NCBI GenBank assembly: GCA_028534125.1
Contig: CM052816.1
Location: 43,836,001 to 43,900,000 of the forward strand
Origin: Lama glama
Taxonomy: Eukaryota
Length of the DNA stretch: 64,000 bases
Reading direction: 5' to 3'
Below are positions 49,141 through 61,800 of the stretch, one piece after another. Each line of letters starts with the position of its first letter. The first letter of the stretch is position 1. The notes under the pieces were generated by a model, which did no database searches, was not told the origin of the DNA, and saw only the letters and a program-made list of their open reading frames with translations. The translations under genes were made by a program, and so were the position numbers.

Positions 49141-51029
49141 TCTGGAACCATCTTTAGCCGAATGAGAGCTGTAACTGTCTTATACCTATAGCTTAAATAG
49201 AACTTTATTCATACTAACAAAATTCAAAATAAATTCTTTAATTCTCTAGAGCTTCAGTAATAAATCAAACATGGTATATATTGTACCTCTTCTTGAGCCT
49301 ACAATTTACATCTGATGATTAAAATTATTTTATCAGTATTTGTGGTAAGCCGTTAAAAGGTGACTTTTATTAGAACTTTAAAAAATCTCCAATTTTGCAG
49401 TATCACCCCTTTATCAATAGCCTCTTTTCAGATTGGAAAAAAAAATCCTTTGCTCCAGTTGAGACACACCAACATTTCTAAAAGATCTTCTTTAGGGGAT
49501 TTTCCTAAGTACTGAAAAAATGCCCTGTGCTAAGGGATGCAGCGGAACGCAGGATTGGTTATTTCGTTGGTGGTGTTTTAATCTCTATAGACTATGAAAC
49601 AAACCTGAAATATGATGAAGGAGCTCAAGTTTTAACACACTGAAATAAATGAATAATCCAAATCATATTCTTAGCTTTAACTAAAAGAAAACACATGTGA
49701 AAAGGTGCTAAGATCTGCAGGAAGATAGGACTTAAGTGGTCATCTGGTCTAGAAAGGATATCAGGAGATTGAGCAGTGTTGTTCTCTGTGATTTAAATTG
49801 TCATTAAAAACAGACTCAATCCTGAAGTGATAATCACAAGCTTTAAATCACCTTCTCTGAGGGTCTCAGAAAGTAGAAACCTCATCTCTCTGGAGGCAAA
49901 AGTAAATCAGTACAATGTGCCCACCAAAGAAGGCAGCTCTGTGCGGGCCGCACAGGAGGTTCCCTGCATCTTCCTTCTAAGGTGGACTAGAGTGTGTGGC
50001 GTTGCTGTGAGAAAACAGAAACCACACTTTGTCCAGAATGAAGAGAGCTCACCACACAGCCAGCGTAGGAGTGTTTCAGAAGTAAAAAATTGAGATACAC
50101 ACAATGCCACCCGTCTGTTCCTCGTTAAATGACGGAATGAAGAGTATTTGAAAATAGATTAAAGGTCTGTCTAAAGAAGTAAAATGGCTGCAGTTGGGTT
50201 ATTATTTGACAACTTGTGTATTATAAACATTTTCCTGTCATTAATTATTCTATTATATGGAAATACCAAAATTGACTAACTTAATCCCCTGTAGTTGGGC
50301 ATCAGATTTTCTTTTCCTTCGTTGGTAGGAAGAACTTAAGTATAAATCTTTGTGCACATCCATCACTTCCTTCAAATACATTCTTAAGAGGTAACTTACC
50401 AGGTCAAAGAGTGTACATGATTTTCAGGCCTTTCTTAACAGATCACCAGTTTGCCCCAGAGGAGACTCATGCCTGTTTATACTTCCAGAGACTAGGAGCA
50501 TGGTTCTTTCCTTTTACTGAGCTTAACAGTTTAAGTTTTTCATTTAAAAATGTGTGAATTTACTAAATCTCTTTATTCCGCATGTTGTCTTTTAAGTTCC
50601 CCAAATGCATTTTTTCTGATGTATTTATTTAACCATCAATTGTGTCAACATCAATATGTTCCTTGAAGGTTCTCACTTTGTTGTTATGATGTTAGCTAAT
50701 CGCCTGGAATTTCTTCTTGATTCTTATGGTTTAATTTAAAAAGGATGTTTTTAATTCACCTAGAAATCATTTTGATGTATAGTGTGAGAACAAAAAGGTA
50801 TCTTTCTATGCTTTAAAAAGTATATATTAAAAGCTAGATACACAAATGTAATTTTTGTTCCAGATCATTGTCTTAGGAAGCTAATCACACATTCTAATCA
50901 TCCTCAGAACATATTCGTAACTTTTATCTAAAGTTATCTTCAATGCCAGTAGAAACTTAAAGCCACACCAACACACCACTCTGGGACTTAGGAGCATGCT
51001 TTGATTTTGATCAGAAGTGGAAAGACTCA

Positions 51030-51300
51030 GCTTGATCACTTATTTCATTCAGCAGACTTGGCTTTGATTGGCTTTTTGCTCTCTCTAAAAATAAAATCTG
51101 ACCTCAATTGATGAAGATTCACCGTCACTAAGGATATTTCAAAGGATTTGTACCAGTGGTACCCAAAAATTCCCAAAAGAGGACTTCCAAAAATACTCTA
51201 AGCAGTAGAATAAATGCCTGTCTTCCTAAAGTGACTAAGTTCAAATTGGCAGCACTGTGTTGTATCCCTTCTGATTTGGTGGTTTAAATTTTGGTTGTCT
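51030..51300 (+). mobile_element. Mariner (MARNA-like) transposase C-terminal fossil
   Basis: ATTCAGCAGACTTGGCTTTGATTGGCTTTTTGCTCTCTCTAAAAATAAAATC...GATGAAGATTCACCGTCACTAAGGATATT...AATTCCCAAAAGAGGACTTCCAAAAAT corresponds to a decayed YSPDLAPxDF-motif region. Confidence 0.65.
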
Positions 51301-51462
51301 TTTTTTAACAACTGTACTCTCCATATTTTCTCTAAGAATCAGTTTCCTAAGTGACCAGTGTTATATATTGAACATCTCTTGTGTGATTTCAAAATGTTCA
51401 TGTACTTTTGGGAAAAACCGTTTATATCAAAGCAAGGAAGTGTGGGTGTGCATATGTTTTAA

Positions 51463-51609
51463 AATTTTTAATTTTTTAAAAATGTTTTTAGTGGGGAGAG
51501 GATAATTAGGTTTTTATTTATTTCTTAATGGAGGTGCTGGGGATTGAACCCCAGGACCTTGTGCATGCTAAGCACAGTGCTCTACCACTGAGCTGTACCC
51601 TCCCCACCA
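51463..51609 (-). mobile_element. tRNA-derived SINE (camelid vic-1 type) with 16-bp TSD
   Basis: Minus strand GGGGAGGGTACAGCTCAGTGGTAGAGCACTGTGCTTAGCATGCACAAGGTCCTGGGGTTCAATCCCCAGCACCTCC plus A-rich tail; TSD TGTGCATAYGTTTTAA at 51447-51462 and 51610-51625. Confidence 0.9.
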
Positions 51610-54069
51610 TGTGCATACGTTTTAACCAGACTAATCTAGGACGTGTACAGCAAAGTACGTCACAGAGAGAACTAGGATTATGAACAACATTCTTATTAAA
51701 CATATATTTTCCTCCCAGTTGATTTAGTAAGGAGGAGCACAGCAAACTAAGAACACAAATAATGCTGTATGCTAATTCATAAAATGTATGTTCTAATAAC
51801 GCACTTCTTTAACAGAACATTCATTTCCAGAAATACCAAAGAAAGCATAGGGCTATATTCTAGGAAGTCAAGAAGGGAAATAAGTTTTATTTAGAGGTGA
51901 CAACATAGTGCTCCTGAACCCTTCCTAGTCACTTTTTTTTTTCCTTCAGTGTAAGTGCCACTGGGTGATTCCTGTCCCCTGAAGCTACCACGGGCTCTTC
52001 CCACTCCTGGCCCTAAGGTATTTGCTTCTGTAGTACCCAAATTGGAATTTTTCAAAAACATGAAGTGCTAATTAAACAAGTGAAACCCTAGACATCTGAG
52101 AATTCTGGTTACTCTTTGGAGAAAGGGCTATAATTAGCAAACAAGGATAGGAGGGGACTTATCCTCCAAGTATGAAAGGAAGAGTAATAAAACGATTGAT
52201 TCATTCTTTACCTTTGGAGTCGACTCACCTTATAACCTGTAACCTCTTCATTCTTACCTGGAGGTTCAAGATCTCACAGGCTTTGGGGTCAGTTTTTTTT
52301 TCCTTTGGTCAGGGAAATGCAAAGAACATCAGGCCAAGAACACAAGTGGCAGGCCTGGCTACCCTCCCAGCTGTATTCTGAACTCTGAGGGATCTGATGT
52401 GCTCGTGGCTGGATGTTATATTCTGGCCACATGTCCATGTTCAAATTCTGTCCATCTTTTCCCTTTCCCCAAAGCCACCTCCTAGCCACAGTTCAGGACA
52501 AATGATACCCACACAGGTGGTGCTGTCAGTTACTGAAAGAATGAACAAGGAAAGGGCCTGTTCAGGCCACAGAAGCAGGTTCAAGGCCATTTGAGCAGAG
52601 CGTGGAAGGGTGGGTTCAGAATCCAGGTGGGCATGTCTCCTTAGCATAGTGTCCTCCTCGCTGCGTGGGAAGTAGTGTGGCTGGAGGACGAGCCCAGAAG
52701 AATTCTCTAAAGCGTAGAGCGTGGGACCCTTTTGCCTCAGTCCAAGGTGGTAACTGTTAGAATCTGGGTTACTTATCTAGTCTTCATTCCCAAACCAGCT
52801 CTTTCATTCTGCCATGTTCTTCCCAAAGCCCACAGCTTTGCCTGGGACCCTGATCTTGAAGATTTTATCTCTGTTTTCTTCTTCTGATGACTTGGATTTC
52901 TGTCTGTCTGCTCCAGGATCCTTGAGCATCTTACGAATCGAGGGAGCTGGAATCTCCACTTAGCATCTTTTGAACATAATCATGATGCTGACTGCTAATC
53001 TTGACTCAGTAGCCTGCCTCTGGCTCCTTCTTCTGATCACATACTGTGCTCTAGTGGGCTTGCTCTCTGCTCTCGTAGTCTTGGGGGGTCTGGAATCAAG
53101 CGAAACTTCTGTAGCAGAAATCCCAATAAACACACTGTCCTGGGAAGGATGGCTCCAGCCCTACAAAGAAGTCAGGCAAGGGTAGCAACCAGGGTCCCAG
53201 GGACAGGCTTCTAACAGACCCTTTGAACTCTTTACCTTTAAGTGATTAAGAGGCCATTTCAAGGAGAGGCCTCATGTCCCCTCTGAACATATGTACAATT
53301 ATGCTAAAGGAGTCAGGAAGATTTACCTTTACAGTAAGCCTTACCTCACAGAAGTATTTTTACACTACAGATGCCTGAAATTCCTTTAATGAGGATACAG
53401 TCTTTCAGTCCATAATTAGAGACAAAAGGCTTAAAATACCCAGGCCTGACTACGGTTAGGCATTTACAGAAACTCATTCACACTCAAGTGTCATCAGTCA
53501 ATCAATCAGTTAGCTTCTATAAGTGGCAGACATTAGATCTCTCCCCTTTTTGAAGAGCATGTGTAGGGGGAAAGATAGTAGAAAGAAACTTAGAAAAATC
53601 AATGATTCTGCATATGTGGGTGGAATTACCATTGAGATGAGGGAAGACGAACGCAAATAGAAGGTTGGGAACTTAGAAGACAACACTGAAATCTTCACAG
53701 CTTCGTTCATCTTCTCATTGCGAGACTGAACGTGGAATTCAGCCCAGTTCACTTCTGCTCTTAGGACAGCAGGTTCAGAGAACATGATCTATAGATGACT
53801 CAGCAGCCACGTGACTGTGTTTGAAGACCAGAACATCACACTGCAGATTCTGTGGAGAGGAGACAGTAGACATCTTCAGTTTTCATTTTGAAACCTGAAT
53901 GCCCAAATGTGAAACAGCTTTTCATGTTGGGTGGAGTAGGTCAGAAATCGCAGCATGGGATCTGGCTTGTGGTGACCGTGACTGAGGATCTTTGAATGGC
54001 TACCTTCGTAATCACTATCTGCTCCTATCTTTACTTTGCATCTTAGGATAAACAAATTTTTTGGCAATA

Positions 54070-54260
54070 GAAACAATACTGGCTAACATTTTTTGAACAA
54101 AGTATTGGGCTAAACAAGCTACTAGGATTGCATTATTTAATCCTCACAGCAACTCTAGGAGACAAGTTTGAGGACTTGAAGGATACGAATTTTACTAACT
54201 TCCAAAAGTCACAGAGACAGAGCCTGGTAGGACCAGGATTTTAACTTCATTCCATGAATG
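54070..54260 (-). mobile_element. MIR SINE
   Basis: GGCTAACATTTTTTGAAC...ATTTAATCCTCACAGCAACTCTAGGAG...CTAACTTCCAAAAGTCACAGAG...CCAGGATTTTAAC. Confidence 0.7.
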
Positions 54261-55639
54261 CTCCTGGAGACTAGTGTTGTCCAGTGCTTAGTATAGCAGT
54301 GAGAGCTATACTTACGGTTCCCTCTGTACATGTTTGTGTTCATGTCACTGTTTGCCTCAAGGCTTTGGGAGAGAGGGAATATTTTGCAACAGTAAAGGGA
54401 TGACTGAACATCATCATCACTTATGATTTAACTGTTCCCAGGATGACAAGTTTTCTGCTGATGTAACTATTCAGTAGGTGAGATAAAAACAAGTGGCACA
54501 AGGCTATCCTTAAAGATGGCTCCTAATAAGTTAATATGGCAAGAAATGGAATATGACTTTCCCACAGGAATCTAAGTAGAGGCACATGCCCACATGCCTA
54601 CTTTGAAACATGCAAATAAACTTGATGTCAATCTGCTTCCTGGAACTTCTCTGCTTAAAGGATTTTGTCCTTCCTGAAGTAACAAGCTAGAAGGCTCTAG
54701 CAAGCTAGAAGCTGGTTAGACACAAGACAGAATGTTTGGGGGCAGCAGTGCTTTTTGTCACAAGATGCCTCGCTCTCAGAAGCTAACACTAGAGTTATGG
54801 TGGGAATTATAGGATTATTGTAAATAACTGAATTAATAAATTAATCACTGTTAATTGCACAAACATTTGCTGAGCATCAATGGGAGATAATGTATTAAGG
54901 TACCATCATTTGTTCTGTGGAAGACACAAATATTCTCCATATAAAGGCTCAGGATTTTTGGTTTGTGTCAGTAAAAACCAGCTGAAGCTAACATTGAATC
55001 AAGAGGAGATTTATTTTAAGGAGATAAGAAATTCTAAAAAAGGGAATATACCTAGGGATGTTCCAAGAGGTCATGGGACTTATTCCTTAATCTCTGCGGC
55101 CGTGACTACCAACCCAGCACTTGGCACATGGAAGGTACTTGATTAATTAATGCAGAATGAATGAAGGGCTGAATCAAGAACAGAAACATCTGTACCAGGA
55201 AAACCCAAGAAGTGGTCAGCTTCCATGTCTCACTCTTTGTATTTGCATTCATGTTCTCTCTACCCACTTGATAGAGAATGTGGCTGTGCTACCATCCTGG
55301 AGTTGAGATGCTATAATCTGGTTACACTTCCTCGCCACGTGTGGGTCCAATTGGCTCAAGGTGAAAGCCGAGTCATAAGAGTTGGCTTAATCCTCATGGC
55401 CAGGAGTGAAACTGCGTGGGAAAATATGGCTGCTGGGGGGGGGGTACCGCTAGAGAGAGCCGTCCTGAGGGTGATCACTGCAGCCTTGGCACATGATTCA
55501 AGAAGTGTTTATGTCAAGCTAGAAATGGACCCTGCAGGCCAGGGCCTTTGGATGTGTGCGTAAACGTGTGTTGTTTCTCAGTGTTCTGCACTTGAGCCCT
55601 CTCACTTTATTCATACCCCCTGTGAACACGCTTCTCACA

Positions 55640-55840
55640 CCTGTGTTTTCAAATAGCCTCTCAGAAGCTGTGATTTCCAAATCTATATTTTCAGTCTCGA
55701 GCTCTCTCCTGAGCTCCAGATCCACATACCCAACCGCTTACTTGATTTCCCATGCATGTCTCTTAGACACCTCTTTCGATACACTCAAAACTGAAATCCT
55801 CTTCCCTTCAAATTTGCACCTCCTCCAGTACTCTTTAGTG
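55640..55840 (+). mobile_element. L2 fragment
   Basis: TTCCAAATCTATATTTTCAGTCTCGAGCTCTCTCCTGAGCTCCAGATCCACATACCCAACCGCTTACTTGA. Confidence 0.8.
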
Positions 55841-56088
55841 TGAAAAAACGAATACATCTTTTGAATATACAGTAAAGATTGTGGTGAGTGTTGGCAAGTC
55901 ACTCTCATTAGAAGCACATATAAAAAGATACAAAAAGGATGTCTTGGAATTTGGAAAAGAAAATTAATATCTAAAACTGCCAGCAATATCACACATTAAT
56001 AAAATGTGTGCCCACACACAGCCTGAAAACAATATGTAATTTGGAGATACCAATCAATTTATTTGGCCGCTGGAGTAAGACTTAGCAC

Positions 56089-56251
56089 TAGGGTGACTAT
56101 ATCCCAGTTTGCCTGAAACAGTCCCAATTTATTCCTGTTGGCCCAACATCATATCTAGTTTTCTATCCATTTCCACTGTTTTATTTTTGGTGGAGTATTA
56201 TTAATAGTTGAATTAAAATAGTCTTGGATGGGCCTAGTGGAGAGAACCCTA
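56089..56251. mobile_element. MER94-like hAT-Blackjack MITE
   Basis: Inverted ends TAGGGT...ACCCTA; begins AGGGTGACTATATCCCAGTTTGCCTGAAACAGTCCCAATTTA. Confidence 0.7.
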
Positions 56252-56739
56252 CTTTTTTTTCTTAATTCTAGTTTCTGCCACAGGCTCATGTAGTAATGTA
56301 CGAGACGTATGTACAATGAATAGAGCTCTCACTCTAAAACTAGTGGTAGTAACTAGTGATAATCCATTTCTTTTCCTAGCCTTGTCCAGATGCAATGTGG
56401 CTAACCTCCCATTTCGTCCAAGGACAGCTAACTCCATGTTGTATCCATATGGTAATGGGAGGAATATTACACTCTGATGCCTCCGATGGTGCTTGTTAAA
56501 CTAATTAGTTGTGCCAGGGTCCATACAGTGCTCTGTGAGATGCATGAAGTCATCAATCAGTGGCGTCAATGGGAAACATGGGAAATTACAAGTTGGGTGT
56601 ACATGAAACATAAGCAGGCAATAAAACCTGAGCAGCCTTGCCCTGGAAGACACAGAGAGAAATTTTAATACTCTTGCTGTAATAAGTTTGGTATCTATCG
56701 GATGGCGCAAATCTATCACTATTCAATTGCTTTCTTTGG

Positions 56740-57640
56740 GGGAATATTTTTACATTTTGCAATACATTCCCTCTTAGGCAAAAAATTAAATTGAAAAAAC
56801 AAGTGCATGTTTGTTAAACAAAAGACTACTGGTTTTCCATGTCTCAGGATATTTTGATGTTGACTGTCTCACTTGCACAGAAGGTTCCTGACATTGCCCT
56901 TCATCATCATCCAGGGACATAACTGTACATGTAAACAGAAGGTGACAAATTTGCACAAGTAGCATGAGTATATACTATAAAAGTTCAGAAATAGATTTTG
57001 GAGACTGAGTCTAAAGTAAACTAACACTTGCAGATCTGGTCAGTGTTTCTATATCATTCTTTGAAACATCGTTTTTCATTTAGATCAGGTGATGGCTCGT
57101 CTCAGTGAATTTCACTTATTTCAATTGCAAGATTTCTTTTTCATATAAAAAATGAAGTGATAGCTATTATCTTTGGCTCATTTGTAGAAGGATAACTTGA
57201 TAAACAGTTAAATGTCAATTTTATGTCAAAGTCATCAGATATTTCAAAAAGAATATTAATTCTTAAGAGTGACTGAATTGTTTGATTTTTATCCAATTTA
57301 GAGAATCCAAGTAAAACTTTTGGAAATTCATTTTGTCATAGATGAAACACATGACATTATTGGAAATGCAATTACAAATTCTTTAAAAAGGGTATCATTG
57401 AAGATAATTTTATGTTTTTGCAGTGATCATAAGAAAACCAATTTTGAAGTATTGCAGCATCATAGTAAAATAATGTTCTTAACAAACCAAGAAAGTTAAG
57501 GAGCAAGAAATGTGTGTGAAACTGTCCATAGTACACATGTAATTCACAGCTATGTCCAAACAGGCTGATATAGTCTACAAGTTAAAAGAGAAGTAGTAGT
57601 TTTTTAGAAACAATTTTATTTCTGAAATTCATTTTGAGTA
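56740..57640 (+). mobile_element. BLACKJACK (hAT) transposase fossil, decayed
   Basis: TTTTCATTTAGATCAGGTGA...GAAGTGATAGCTATTA...AAACAGTTAAATG...GTCATCAGATATTTCAAA...AAGTAAAACTTTTGGAAATTCATT...GATGAAACACATGACATTATT is collinear with the Blackjack internal region; many stops. Confidence 0.75.
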
Positions 57641-57964
57641 CAGTTATTATACAGTTCCAACCAAAAAACAAAAAGCATTAATCAATGGAAAATAACTTTA
57701 AGATTCTACAATTTCTGTTATTTTTGGCATCCTCTTTAGCTCTCAAATCTGTCCTAGTTTGAATAATCAATTACATGTTTATTCTACCTATTTAAATAAA
57801 AGGCATCACTACCCATCTACTGAACTAAGACGTAACCCTGGACTCTCCCTTCTGACTCAATCATCTATATTCACAATTCTAACAGTGTTATCTAAAAGGG
57901 TGGGGAAAATCAGATACTATTGTATTTTTGGTCAGTTCTAACAATAAAAAATATTTTTAAACAT

Positions 57965-58040
57965 GTACTTCCAAATAAGGTCACATTCTGAGGTTCTGGT
58001 TGGACATGAATTTTGTGGGGTTACTATGCAAACCACCACA
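57965..58040 (-). mobile_element. MLT1A-type LTR end fragment
   Basis: TTCCAAATAAGGTCACATTCTGAGGTTCTGGTTGGACATGAATTTTGTGGGG...AACCACCACA. Confidence 0.75.
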
Positions 58041-58364
58041 GCTCATAACTGAGTTCAAAATTTCAGAAAATATTAAAATAATTTTAAAAAACTACAGCTA
58101 TGGGTTTTCTAAGTAATGAAACAATATTTCTGATTTATTTCATGTTGCATCCTCACTCATTTTTCACATGGTTTGATGTTTCCTTCCCTCATTGCTCTAG
58201 TTCGGGAAGGCTGTGGCTTACCCGTGACAAAGGGTAAACTCTTCCCTGTGGTTGATCTTCATGAGAATACAAGATGACAGCTAAGCTGATGCACTCTTTC
58301 TAAATATTTGACCCGCAAATGTAGCCAGACACTTAAAAATAAAATCTGTGTTTCCCAGCTGTGT

Positions 58365-58870
58365 GGTTATATTGATATCAAAGTAGACCTCAAGACAAGG
58401 AGTACTGCCAGAAATAAAGAGGCATTTCATAGTGCTAAAAAGGTTGATTCATCAGGAGGACATATCTTAGATGTGTAGTCACCTAATAAAAGAGGTTCAA
58501 AGTCTGTGAAGCGAAGATGCAGTCAAATCCACAGTCATAATTTTTAATTTTTAATACTCTCAATAATTGATAGAACATATAGACAAAAAATCAGAAAGAA
58601 TATAAAGAATCTGAATAGTACTATCAACACCCTTGGACTAAATAATATTTATAGAATACTCCACCCAACACTACAGAATATACATTCTTTTCAGGTATAT
58701 ATGGAAAGGTCTTCAAGGTGGACAATAGGAAAGGCCAAAAAATACATCTCAATGAATTAAAAAACAAAAGAAAGTCTTACAGAATATACATTCTCTAACC
58801 ACAAGAAAAGTGCATTAGAAATCAGTGATGTATTAAAAAAAAAAACCCTCCAAATATATTGAAAGTGAAA
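58365..58870 (+). mobile_element. Old L1 ORF2 endonuclease-region fragment
   Basis: AAAGTAGACCTCAAGACAAGG...ATTTATAGAATACTCCACCCAACACTACAGAATATACATTCTTTTCAGG (decayed IYRxLHPxxxEYTFFS). Confidence 0.85.
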
Positions 58871-61800
58871 AAAAAAAAAGAGAGAGAGATGCTTTATGAT
58901 CTCAACACTCAAAAAGGACTTAAACAACTTAGTCAACTCTATGAACTCCTGGTGGGTAAAGAAAAATTCCATTGAATTGGTCAAGAAAATTTATGCTTAA
59001 AGACAATTAATCTTTTTTGAAATTTACAGGTAATTGAGCTCCTTAAAATTATTTTATATTTTGGCATTAACCACTGACTTGCTGCATCCACAAGATGTAT
59101 GCAGCAATATAAATTCTTTCAGATAGCCTAATATTATTCACAAAAATACACTCTTACTTTTCATGGTCCCATCTTTTAAAACTTATAGGATCTCAGAGCC
59201 TTTCTGGGGCAGGAGAGGGACTTGCCAGTTGTCTTGGAAACGTAACATAAACACCTTTTTTTCTGTATATGTTAACACCATTGTTTATTGACTATTTACT
59301 CAGCTCCAATGTAATTGGGGTCATTAGCAAAGCAAAAGCAGCTCAGATCTCATCAATATCTGACCTTTAAAATGGTCATACATTCTGCCTTCCTGGACGT
59401 CGAACCAGCGGGCCTCTACAGGGCATTGTAGCTGCTGTTGCAGTTTAAGTAGAAGCAGAGGTGCCATTCCTTGTAGAAAACTTTCTTGGGGAAAAAAAAA
59501 TCTTCTGCTGTAGACATGGTGTTTCAAAAATCAGACAAAATATATTTCATGGAAAATCTATTTTGAGACCGACATTCATTTGAAAAGCTAAAACTAGCAT
59601 CCGGATAAAAAAAGGAAGGGATGAAACATCAAACTGAAAATATCTTCCTATATTGTGACATTTTCTCAAATGTAAATGAGACCACCTTTAAGGCTGTCAT
59701 AAGCAAAGAAATCCAACTGGGGTCTTGATGACTGAAGGGATGTTGAAGAATCTCTCATCAGCGGACCATAAAGAATAAAGCAAAAGCTATCAGGAACGTG
59801 CAGATGTTATCAGGATATGACTTCAGCACAGCCCCGCATCCCAGGGGAGAGACAAAACTGCAGATGTTTAATGTGCTGCAGGAACTAACCGCAGATTCTG
59901 TTTTGTTTCTCCTACTTTATAATATTTAATTTTTTTAAAAGACGTAAATTGCACTTTTGAAGCGCTTCCTCCAAACTTAATCACTTTGTAAGTCTAATCG
60001 CTCACTAGTAGGATGCCAGGAGTTCTGAGTAAAGTGGCAGATCAGTTAGTACTTGGCTGTGGGACAGTGTGGAGTGTGCAAGGGAGGGACATGTTTATTC
60101 ATGTGCAAATGGAAAGAGAGCTCTCTTTGTTGTGTGACAGGAACCCTAGGTGCGAGGTGGAGACCTCTGCACTGACTTGACAACAAATCTACTTTAAATC
60201 TTCTCAAGTCCTGGCAAACCAAAAGAGTTCATAGAAACTCAAATTTGTTAAAGGGCAAGATATTTGGAGATGTAAAGTAAACCGTTCTTCTTTTTAAATG
60301 AAAAATGGTGGAGTAATAATGGAATAGATTATTTATGTATCTTCCAAAGGAATTATTTGCTTTGGTGAGAATTCATTTTGGGAGAACTCCTGGGTTTTGA
60401 TTTTTATGTTCTTGAAATCAGCCAATTGTAAAGTCGTGAGTCTATAGTTCTTTCATTTTGATTAGTTTAGATGTAGCCATATTCCAAGAGAATTTTGTTT
60501 TTCAAAATAAGAGCAGCCTGTCTATACTCTGTTCAGATGCTGTTTTGATCCCATCTCTAAGTAGGGATCAGTGGTTGGGGTGGAGTCGGAGTTATCTGGT
60601 GCCCTTTTCTGCCCAGAGCGGGTCTCTCCTGCCCCAGTCCCCTCTGCTCTCCACCGGCAGTTTCTCTCCTCCCCCTCAGGGAGCCAGTAGAACTTTGCCT
60701 TTCAGGGCCATTGCATCTAATAAGCCTACGTCATCAGCATCACATGGAATGAAGTTTACAGAACAAATCATAGAAAAGGGAAAAAACGGTAATTACAAAC
60801 AAAAACAAAAGCAAGACGACCTCATTGAGATTAAAAATATAAACCACACTAATTTGGGGGAAGGGCTTGTACTTCAGGGAAAAAAAAATGTAATTTACAT
60901 TCCAAAGAGTAAATATTAGGAAGCATACCAAAGAGTTACATTCTAGTAATTAGATTTAGTGGAAATGATTGTCTGGTATTTATAAAGATGAAAAATTAGA
61001 GGCAGATAGCACCTGGAATAAAGACTGGCTTAACATTTACGAGTTCTTAAAATAATTTTCTTTGAGGTTTAGGAAAGAATAAGGCCAGAAAATGGGGTTA
61101 CCATGCTGCACTTGATCCAAAGGGAAGAGACAAGAGAGGAACAAAATGAAAAGGACAGCCCTGCTTTATCTTAGAAGGCTCGAGTCTTGAGTAAGCGAAG
61201 CAATTCTAATCTGATCATTAGAAACAACCCAAATCAAAGACAAAGCGATCCCTGGGTTTAAAGCACATTTACTACGTCCACTTGGACTGAATGTAATAGA
61301 AAGTGAGCATAGTTTATCATTAAAGGTTGGTTTATGGTGGGCCTGTGTTCTCTTCGTATTTCTATTCCTAGTGGCCAGCACAGCGCCTGATACTTTGACA
61401 TCATTGGTTTAATTGAATCATTGACCAAGAATCCTATTCTGAATCCTGAACGAAGTAAAAGACCCGAATATCTGAAGACTTCAAGACTGTTTGTCTAAAG
61501 GACTGTCTAAAACCTGTAAGAACATTTCATGTAATTTTGATGTCAGGATAGACAACTGCAGAAAGCATGAAAGAAATTCTTCAGCGTAAGTTGGTTCCAC
61601 CTTTTGCTAAGATGTGACCAACCGAAAAACTCAAAATATTTTGAGGAGATGCTATCTGCCAAAGGGATTACCACAATACATGTAGGATCAAAGAAAATTC
61701 CACATTTTACCGCGGTGATTAGCTGTAATTAAATAAAGTCAGTCTTTTTTAAACTTCATTAGCAGCAAGATGTTTGCTCCAGCAGACTGGGCACAAATCA

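Noticed and set aside
53636..53720. Inverted repeat GAAGACGAACG / CGTTCATCTTC as a pre-miRNA
   Set aside because: The stem is only ~11 bp with a mismatch and a ~50-nt loop, which is not pre-miRNA geometry.
60458..60919. 153-aa ORF
   Set aside because: TTG start, low-complexity A-rich end and no domain; chance ORF.
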